The notes under the pieces are model-generated. The model saw only the letters and a program-made list of their open reading frames with translations. It searched no databases and was not told the origin of the DNA. Positions 57,883 through 64,000 of a DNA stretch of 64,000 nucleotides are shown piece by piece (the first letter of the stretch is position 1; the number at the start of each line of letters is the position of its first letter). Source of the stretch: Bosea sp. (in: a-proteobacteria) (GTDB taxonomy: Bacteria; Pseudomonadota; Alphaproteobacteria; Rhizobiales; Beijerinckiaceae). The position numbers and the translations under genes were made by a program. Location: positions 2,806 to 66,805 of the forward strand of contig NZ_JAUXYO010000053.1 of the NCBI RefSeq assembly GCF_030694325.1, read 5' to 3'.

Positions 57883-57894
57883 GGAGGCGGCGTC

Positions 57895-58758
57895 TTGGTC
57901 ACCTACGGGCTCCCGATCGTCGCGACACTGATCGCCTGGTGGTTCTCCACCGGCGCGATCCTCTATCTCGACGGTCTGCCCCGGGCGACCTTCCGCTGGA
58001 GCCTGGCGGGCGCCACGCTCGCTCTGCTCGCCGCCTTCTGGGGCCTGGCCGCCACGGCCGGAGACACTAGCGTCGCCGGCGCCTATCTCGCCGTGTTCTC
58101 CGCGCTCGTGGTCTGGGGCTGGAACGAGCTTGCCTTCCTGCTCGGCTATGTCGCCGGCCCGACGCGGGAGCCCTGCGCGCCCGGCCTGCGCGGCTTCGCC
58201 CGCTTCAAGGCCGCGACTCGCGCCATCCTGCATCACGAGCTGGCGCTGCTGGCTTCGCTGGCGGTCATCGCCCTCCTCACCGCCGACGGGGCGAACCTGT
58301 TCGGCCTCGCCACCTTCGCGCTGCTCTTCGCCATGCGCCTCTCGACCAAGCTCAATATCTATCTCGGCGTGCCCAACACCACGGTCGAGTTCCTGCCCGC
58401 GCATCTCGGCTATCTGAAGAGCTATTTCCGCCAGCGGCCGATGAACCTGCTGTTTCCGCTCTCGGTGACCGCCGCGACGCTTCTCAGCGCCTGGCTGGTG
58501 CACAGCGTCGTGCGCGCCGACGATCCCTTTGCGATCACGGGCTTCGTCCTGCTGGCGACCTTCGCCGTGCTCGGCCTCGTCGAGCACTGGTTCCTGGTGC
58601 TGCCGCTGCCGGTCGCCGAGCTCTGGGCCTGGGGCCTGCGCTCGCGTGACGAGGCCGCCCCTGCCGATCCCGCGCCCGTACGGTCCCCGGCGCCGCTCCC
58701 TTCCGCCACCGGCCTCGCGACACCGCGCGCCGTTCCCCCGCCAACCCTCGTCGCATAG
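57895..58758 (+). CDS. puhE: Photosynthetic complex assembly protein PuhE
   Basis: 287 aa polytopic protein. TTG start 7 nt after RBS GAGGAGG. Lies between acsF and hemA. Confidence 0.8.
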   Translation: MVTYGLPIVATLIAWWFSTGAILYLDGLPRATFRWSLAGATLALLAAFWGLAATAGDTSVAGAYLAVFSALVVWGWNELAFLLGYVAGPTREPCAPGLRGFARFKAATRAILHHELALLASLAVIALLTADGANLFGLATFALLFAMRLSTKLNIYLGVPNTTVEFLPAHLGYLKSYFRQRPMNLLFPLSVTAATLLSAWLVHSVVRADDPFAITGFVLLATFAVLGLVEHWFLVLPLPVAELWAWGLRSRDEAAPADPAPVRSPAPLPSATGLATPRAVPPPTLVA

Positions 58759-58787
58759 CGCGACAGCGCGCTCCCAGGAGGCCGCCG

Positions 58788-59999
58788 ATGGACTACGAGA
58801 TGTTCTTCCGCAAGGAAATCGACGGGCTCCACAAGGAAGGCCGCTACCGCGTCTTCGCCGATCTGGAGCGCAAGGCCGGGCAGTTTCCCCGCGCCACCTT
58901 CCATGGCGCCGATGGCCCGCGCGACGTCACGGTCTGGTGCTCGAACGACTATCTCGGCATGGGGCAGAATCCCGACGTACTCGCCGCGATGCATGGCGCG
59001 CTCGACGGCTGCGGCGCCGGCGCCGGCGGCACCCGCAACATCGGCGGCACCAACCATTATCATGTCCTGCTCGAGCGGGAGCTCGCCGATCTCCACGGCA
59101 AGGAAGCCGCGCTCCTGTTCAACTCCGGCTACATGTCGAACTGGGCCTCGCTCTCGACCTTCGCGGCGCGCATTCCCGACTGCGTGGTCCTGACCGACGG
59201 CCTCAACCACGCCTCGATGATCGAGGGCATCCGCCATTCGCGGGCCGACAAGGTCGTCTTCGCCCATAACGATCCCGACGACCTGCGCCGCAAGCTGCAG
59301 GCGATCGACCCGCGCCGGCCGAAGCTGCTCGCCTTCGAATCCGTCTATTCGATGGATGGCGACATCGCCCCGATCGAGGCCTTCTGCGATCTCGCCGACG
59401 AGTTCGGCGCCATGACCTATATCGACGAGGTCCATGCGGTCGGCCTCTACGGCCCACGCGGCGGCGGCGTCAGCGAGCGCGAGGGGCTGAGCCATCGGCT
59501 GGACGTGATCGAGGGCACGCTTGCCAAGGGCTTCGGCATCATGGGCGGCTACATCACCGGCAGCGCCGCCACCTGCGACTTCATCCGCAGCTTCGCCTCG
59601 GGCTTCATCTTCTCGACCTCGCTGCCGCCGGCGCTGGCAGCCGGTGCGCTGGCTTCGGTACGCCACCTCAAGGCGAGCCAGGTCGAGCGCGACGGCCAGC
59701 GCGATCGCGTCGCCGCGGTGCGGGCCGGGCTCGATGCGGCCGGCATCCCCCATCTGCCCAACCCCAGCCACATCGTCCCTGTCATGGTCGGCGATCCCGT
59801 GCTGTGCAAGCGCATCAGCGACGAGCTGCTCGAGCGCTTCGACATCTATGTCCAGCCGATCAACTACCCGACCGTGCCGCGCGGCACCGAGCGGCTGCGG
59901 ATCACGCCCTCGCCTCTCCACTCCGACGCCGATATCGTGGCCCTGGTCGGGGCGCTGACAGCGATCTGGCGCCAGGTCGGCCTGCGCCGCGCCGCCTGA
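58788..59999 (+). CDS. hemA: 5-aminolevulinate synthase
   Basis: Contains [20 protein letters not shown] and SMDGD...DEVHAVG (PLP enzyme of the alpha-oxoamine synthase family). Confidence 0.92.
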   Translation: MDYEMFFRKEIDGLHKEGRYRVFADLERKAGQFPRATFHGADGPRDVTVWCSNDYLGMGQNPDVLAAMHGALDGCGAGAGGTRNIGGTNHYHVLLERELADLHGKEAALLFNSGYMSNWASLSTFAARIPDCVVLTDGLNHASMIEGIRHSRADKVVFAHNDPDDLRRKLQAIDPRRPKLLAFESVYSMDGDIAPIEAFCDLADEFGAMTYIDEVHAVGLYGPRGGGVSEREGLSHRLDVIEGTLAKGFGIMGGYITGSAATCDFIRSFASGFIFSTSLPPALAAGALASVRHLKASQVERDGQRDRVAAVRAGLDAAGIPHLPNPSHIVPVMVGDPVLCKRISDELLERFDIYVQPINYPTVPRGTERLRITPSPLHSDADIVALVGALTAIWRQVGLRRAA

Positions 60000-60026
60000 G
60001 ACGCATCCTCTCCGCCGAGATGACGA

Positions 60027-60053
60027 GGCCGGGCCCAGCGCCCGGCCTTTTTT
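60027..60053 (+). terminator. Rho-independent terminator after hemA
   Basis: GGCCGGGC-ccagc-GCCCGGCC hairpin followed by TTTTTT. Confidence 0.7.
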
Positions 60054-60135
60054 GTTGATGCTCCCACGCCGATTGGAGCGGTGGCCCGCTTTGCGCCGCG
60101 CGCCCGGCCGACGGACCGGCGTGCGCACGGCACAC

Positions 60136-60164
60136 AAAAAAGGGGAGGCCGTCGCCGGCCTCCC
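60136..60164 (-). terminator. Rho-independent terminator after pufM
   Basis: The minus strand reads GGGAGGCCG-gcga-CGGCCTCCC followed by CTTTTTTG, 43 nt after the pufM stop. Confidence 0.7.
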
Positions 60165-60206
60165 AGGGATCGTCCGCTCGGTCGCGGTCGAGGATGGTGC
60201 GCTTGC

Positions 60207-61175
60207 TCAGGGCCGCGTCGGGGGCACCGGCGTGGCCGGCCACATCGTCGGGTCGCTCGGGGCGAATTTGTGCTTGATCGCCCACTCGTACCAGTTGTCG
60301 ACGGCCGTGCCGGTGAGCAGGATCCCGATGCCGCCGGTCAGCGTGCACAGCACCGCGAACCACCAGGCCCAGCGATGGATCGATTCCATCGTCGCGTTGA
60401 AGCCCATCGTCCAGCGCCAGAACAGGGCGGCCCGTTCCGAGGCCGTGCCGCGGTCGACGATCTGCTCGATCTCGCGGTCGCCGCCATAGCGAGAGACCGC
60501 CAGGATCGTCGCGCCATGCATCGCGAAAAGCAGCGCCGAGCCGTAGAGGAAGGCGATCGAGAGCGCGTGGAAGGGGTTGTAGAAGAGGTTGCCGTAGCGC
60601 AGCGAGAAATTCTGCGTCCAGTCCAGATGCGGGAAGATCCCGAAGGGCACCGCCTCGCTCCAGCTGCCCATCAGCAGCGGCCGGATGAAGCCGAGCACGA
60701 GGTAGAGCCAGATCGCCGAGGCGAAGGCCCAGGCCACATGCGTGCCCATGCCGAGCGCCCGGGCCCGGTTATAGGTGCGCACCCACCAGAGCAGGATCGA
60801 GGTCGTCAGGAAGAAGCCGGCGAGCAGCCACCAGCCGCCCTCCTTCAGCGGGGGCAGGATGGTCAGCCCATGCTGCGGCAGCGGCGGCGCCAGCTGGAGC
60901 CAGAACAGCTCGCGCACGAAGCGGATCGGGTCCCAGTTCACCGAGGCCAGCATGTTCAGCCCGATGATCTCGAAGGCGATGATGCCGCAGACGATCGAGG
61001 TCACGCCGGTCCAGCCGAGATAGATCGGGCCGAGCTGGGCATCGCCGATCATCCCGAAGAGATTGACCGTCCGGGTCGCCGTGCCGCGGCGCGTGCCCCG
61101 GCTCGGGATCGGGACGCCCATATCCGGCGCGCCATGGATCTGAACCCGGGTGAAGATGTTCTGGTACGTTGCCAT
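60207..61175 (-). CDS. pufM: Photosynthetic reaction centre M subunit
   Basis: 322 aa starting [12 protein letters not shown]..., with [12 protein letters not shown] and HGATILAV. Confidence 0.95.
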   Translation of the reverse strand: MATYQNIFTRVQIHGAPDMGVPIPSRGTRRGTATRTVNLFGMIGDAQLGPIYLGWTGVTSIVCGIIAFEIIGLNMLASVNWDPIRFVRELFWLQLAPPLPQHGLTILPPLKEGGWWLLAGFFLTTSILLWWVRTYNRARALGMGTHVAWAFASAIWLYLVLGFIRPLLMGSWSEAVPFGIFPHLDWTQNFSLRYGNLFYNPFHALSIAFLYGSALLFAMHGATILAVSRYGGDREIEQIVDRGTASERAALFWRWTMGFNATMESIHRWAWWFAVLCTLTGGIGILLTGTAVDNWYEWAIKHKFAPSDPTMWPATPVPPTRP

Positions 61176-61247
61176 CGCCTTGATCCTTGGAGAACCGGGA
61201 TGAGATTGGTGGCGGCGCGCGGGACGCCGCGCGTCGCGGGGTCGGCG

Positions 61248-62072
61248 TCAGCGCCAGATCGAGAAATGGCGCGACAGGTCCCACCACTCGGCCCAGCCCT
61301 CGCTCCAGTAGGGGCCGCTGATGATGATGCAGACCGCGCTCCAGAAGGAGGCCGACACCGCCAGGAACAGGCCGAGCCGGTGGATGCCGAGCGTGCCGAT
61401 CGAATAGCCGATCGTGTCGCGGAAGAAGGTGTTCTCGTGCTCGGGCGTCTTCACCGGCTCGCCGCGCTTGGGATTGGTCGCCGAGAGGATCAGGCCGCCA
61501 TGGAGCGAGAGCGCCAGCGCACTGGTGAAGAAGAACGTCACCGCGATCATATGTGCCGGATTGTAGTGGAACTGGAGATACTGGTAGCCGACGTTCGACA
61601 CCCATTCGAGATGGCTGAAGATCCCGTACGGAAAGCCATAACCCCAGGCGCCGAGCAGGAACGGCCGGAAGATCACCAGCGTCACATAGGCCAGAATGGC
61701 GAAGCCGAAGGCCACGGGCACGTGATAGCCCATGCCGAGCTTGCGGCAGATCTCGACCTCGCGCAGCGCCCAGGACACGAAGGAGCCGGTCGCGCAGATG
61801 GTGATGATCTGCCAGAGCCCGCCTTCCTTGAGTGGCGCGAGGCGCAGGCCGTATTCCGGCAGGGGCGGGTTGATCGAGATCAGCCAGGGATTCCAGGTCG
61901 GCCCGATCGCCGCACCGTAGAACACCAGCGCCGTGCCCAGCGCCGCGAAGAACACCGTCGCGACGCCGAAGAAGCCGACATAGAAGGGGCCGACCCAGAA
62001 GTCGAAGAGATCGCCCCCGATCAGCGTGCCGCCCCTGACGCGGTATTTGCGTTCGAAATTGAGCAAAGCCAT
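61248..62072 (-). CDS. pufL: Photosynthetic reaction centre L subunit
   Basis: 274 aa starting [36 protein letters not shown]. Confidence 0.95.
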   Translation of the reverse strand: MALLNFERKYRVRGGTLIGGDLFDFWVGPFYVGFFGVATVFFAALGTALVFYGAAIGPTWNPWLISINPPLPEYGLRLAPLKEGGLWQIITICATGSFVSWALREVEICRKLGMGYHVPVAFGFAILAYVTLVIFRPFLLGAWGYGFPYGIFSHLEWVSNVGYQYLQFHYNPAHMIAVTFFFTSALALSLHGGLILSATNPKRGEPVKTPEHENTFFRDTIGYSIGTLGIHRLGLFLAVSASFWSAVCIIISGPYWSEGWAEWWDLSRHFSIWR

Positions 62073-62153
62073 CGTCGCATCCCTCCGCGGGCGCCGGCAT
62101 GCGTGGCCGCGCCTCGTCTGAACGGTTTGGTATCGGCGCGAGCCGATCGGATC

Positions 62154-62192
62154 GGCGGACGGGACCGGGACGAACCCTGCCCCCCGTCCGCC
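62154..62192 (-). promoter_or_regulatory. Intercistronic pufA-pufL stem-loop
   Basis: GGCGGACGGG-19 nt-CCCGTCCGCC, beginning 8 nt after the pufA stop. A second hairpin, ATCGGC-gcga-GCCGAT, is at 62132..62147. Confidence 0.55.
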
Positions 62193-62199
62193 AGTGTCG

Positions 62200-62400
62200 T
62201 CAGCCGATCCGCGAGATCGTCACATCCGAGGTCGGAGTCTCGATCTGCAGCACGGCGGCAGCCTTCCGCGGGCCTTCGATCCAGTTGAACCTGTTCGTCG
62301 AGAGCAGGATGAAATGGATCAGGATGGCGAGCCCGAACAGGAAGGTGAACAGCGCGATCAGCGTGCGACGCGGATCGAACAGCAGCCAGATTTTCCACAT
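62200..62400 (-). CDS. pufA: Light-harvesting 1 alpha polypeptide
   Basis: [40 protein letters not shown], with the BChl-binding His in LIHFILL. RBS AAGGAG. Confidence 0.9.
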   Translation of the reverse strand: MWKIWLLFDPRRTLIALFTFLFGLAILIHFILLSTNRFNWIEGPRKAAAVLQIETPTSDVTISRIG

Positions 62401-62415
62401 GGTTCCGCTCCTTCG

Positions 62416-62634
62416 TTATGAGATCAGCGAAACGGCGGTGGTCAGGGCCGTCTTCACGCCTTCTTCCAGCGACGCATATCCGTTGGGTCCGGGCAGCCAG
62501 GGCCGCCACGACCAAACCAGGAAATGCGCGATCACGGCGATGACCGTGAAGCCGATGAAGCTCGTGATGAAGAAGCCGTGGAATTCCTTGGCTTCCGCTT
62601 CGGTCAACCCTGACAGTGAGTCTCTCTCTGTCAT
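62416..62634 (-). CDS. pufB: Light-harvesting 1 beta polypeptide
   Basis: 72 aa, [22 protein letters not shown]...[23 protein letters not shown]..., with an R. rubrum-type C-terminal extension. It is the internal ATG of ORF 62416..63396. Confidence 0.9.
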   Translation of the reverse strand: MTERDSLSGLTEAEAKEFHGFFITSFIGFTVIAVIAHFLVWSWRPWLPGPNGYASLEEGVKTALTTAVSLIS

Positions 62635-62762
62635 GATCTTCTCTCCTTTGGCCTTGCGGCCGTTACCGCACGAAGCCGTGCGGCTGGCTGTCGGGCTTCG
62701 ACCCCCGGCAGTTCCTCCCGCCCAAACCGGGCGAAAGCGCGTGACCTTCGCTGCTCGGGGCG

Positions 62763-63005
62763 TCAGCCCATGAACATGAAGGGAATGGTGGCGTTCGCGT
62801 TGGCGCGAGCCTGCGCGAATATCGAAAGCCGGTGTCCCCCGGTGGCGGGGCGGATCGCCCGCTGCACCAGCGTGGAGACGAGGAAGAAGGGCATCGACAG
62901 GGCTGTCAGCCGCCGGCACATCCGCCGGTCGGATTCCAGGGACTTCGCCCGGCGAACATGGTCCTGCTCCGAGTGGCGCGCCGTGAACTGCATGGTCATG
63001 GTCAT
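62763..63005 (-). CDS. Small ORF in the pufQ position (80 aa)
   Basis: [14 protein letters not shown]... preceded by GGGGAGA. One hydrophobic segment. The C-terminal [15 protein letters not shown] loosely resembles the PuQ tail recalled from Rhodobacter PufQ. Lies between bchZ and pufB. Confidence 0.4.
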   Translation of the reverse strand: MTMTMQFTARHSEQDHVRRAKSLESDRRMCRRLTALSMPFFLVSTLVQRAIRPATGGHRLSIFAQARANANATIPFMFMG

Positions 63006-63082
63006 GGTCTCCCCTTGGAAGGCTGTTCTGGTTGGCGAGGCAGCCGAAGGCCCCTCGCGGCGTCGAGACAGGGCGAGGCTCG

Positions 63083-64000
63083 TCACGCGAGAGCTCCTTC
63101 CCGGCTGGCGATGCTGTCGAGATGGTCGGGCTGGACGCGCTCGGCGCCGTCCCGTCGGGCACGCGCCTCGGCGGCGTCGCGCAGGCGCTTGGCGGCGGAA
63201 ATCCGCACCAGCACCGGCTGCTTGTCGAGCACCCCGTCGAGCAGGGCCTTGGCCTCGTCCGACCAGGGCAGTTCGCGATGCAGCCGCGCGGGCGTGGCCT
63301 CGACGGCGTCCATCTGCGTGCCCAGCGGCAGGATGTGGAAGAGCGCGTCGAACAGCGCGTTGCAGACCTCCTGGACCAGGTAGGTCGCGCCCGCATAGCC
63401 CATGAAGGGCGTGCCGGTGTGCCGGCGGATCACCGCGCCGGGGAATGAGGCGGGGATGTAGATCCCGCGCCCGCCGGCTTCCGCCATGTACATGCGCTCG
63501 TTGAAGGAGCCGAACAGCACCAGCGGCGGCTTCTCCCTGAGCGAGGCGCGCACTGCGTCGTTGTCGGATTTCTTGCCGGCGCAGCGCGAGGCCGAGAAGG
63601 TGCAGGGCAGCCCCATCTCGGTCTCGAGGAAGTGGCGGATGCCGCGCGCATAGGTCTCGTTGGCGACGATGGCGAAGGAGGCCGTGCCGAAGAAATCCTG
63701 CGTCACCGAGCGCCAGAGATCCCAGAGCGGCTTGATCGTCGTGTGCTTCTCGCGCTCGATGAAGGGCTCGGGGTCGAGCCCGAGCAGTTCGCCGAGCGAG
63801 CGCAGGAAGGCGGTGGTCGAATGCAGCCCGATCGGCGCCTGCAGATAGGGCCGCTCCAGCGCCTCGCAAAGCATGCGGCCATATTCGCGGTAGAGGCAGA
63901 CATTGACCTCGGCATCGGCCAGCCGCTGCACCTGCGACAGATGCGAGCCGAGCGGGAAGGTCATGTGGACCTCCGCGCCGATGCCTTCGATCAGGCGGCG
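63083..64000 (-). CDS. bchZ: Chlorophyllide a reductase subunit Z (C-terminal part; the gene continues beyond the window)
   Basis: ...[19 protein letters not shown]...[12 protein letters not shown]...[23 protein letters not shown] matches the BchZ pattern. Lies upstream of the puf operon. Confidence 0.85.
   Translation of the reverse strand, partial: RRLIEGIGAEVHMTFPLGSHLSQVQRLADAEVNVCLYREYGRMLCEALERPYLQAPIGLHSTTAFLRSLGELLGLDPEPFIEREKHTTIKPLWDLWRSVTQDFFGTASFAIVANETYARGIRHFLETEMGLPCTFSASRCAGKKSDNDAVRASLREKPPLVLFGSFNERMYMAEAGGRGIYIPASFPGAVIRRHTGTPFMGYAGATYLVQEVCNALFDALFHILPLGTQMDAVEATPARLHRELPWSDEAKALLDGVLDKQPVLVRISAAKRLRDAAEARARRDGAERVQPDHLDSIASREGALA

Overview
High-GC (roughly 65-70%) alphaproteobacterial chromosome segment; the photosynthesis-gene order resembles Rhodopseudomonas/Bradyrhizobium-type Hyphomicrobiales (inference). 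All calls come from reading the ORF translations and the DNA, with no database search. The window has three parts. (1) 1-4000: an MBL-fold hydrolase, bioY, a ~1.3 kb low-GC islet next to the 3' end of tRNA-Pro(CGG), and a divergent tRNA-Gln(UUG). (2) 4000-31500: a ~28 kb amide/nitrogen-compound catabolic region. It holds six amidase-signature (GatA/AtzE-like) paralogs, five of them translationally coupled to a 62-69 aa partner ORF. It also holds two isochorismatase-like cysteine hydrolases, a formamidase/acetamidase, an asparaginase, an SDR, a Dpp/Opp-type ABC importer plus a second orphan binding protein, three EamA/DMT carriers, an AbrB-family membrane protein and a GntR regulator. A recurrent AT-rich motif (TGnATACA core) marks the intergenic regions of this block, including the region upstream of the GntR gene. 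(3) 32000-64000: a photosynthesis gene cluster: tspO, hemC, bchG, bchH, two ppsR, ppaA/aerR, bchP, pucC-like, bchFNB, bchLM, lhaA, puhABC, bciE-like, acsF, puhE, hemA, pufQ-like-BALM and partial bchZ. The most notable observations are listed here. acsF carries a single in-frame TAG. The amidase/small-subunit pairs are unusually expanded. A candidate regulon motif recurs across the amidase region. An alpha/beta-hydrolase-polytopic membrane fusion lies between bchG and hemC. bchH is displaced from the canonical bchFNBHLM block. Paired TGT-N12-ACA (PpsR-type) palindromes occur at constant 34-35 bp spacing in three upstream intergenic regions of the photosynthesis cluster. No CRISPR array, transposase or integrase was recognised. 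Many long antisense ORFs in the track are high-GC artefacts.
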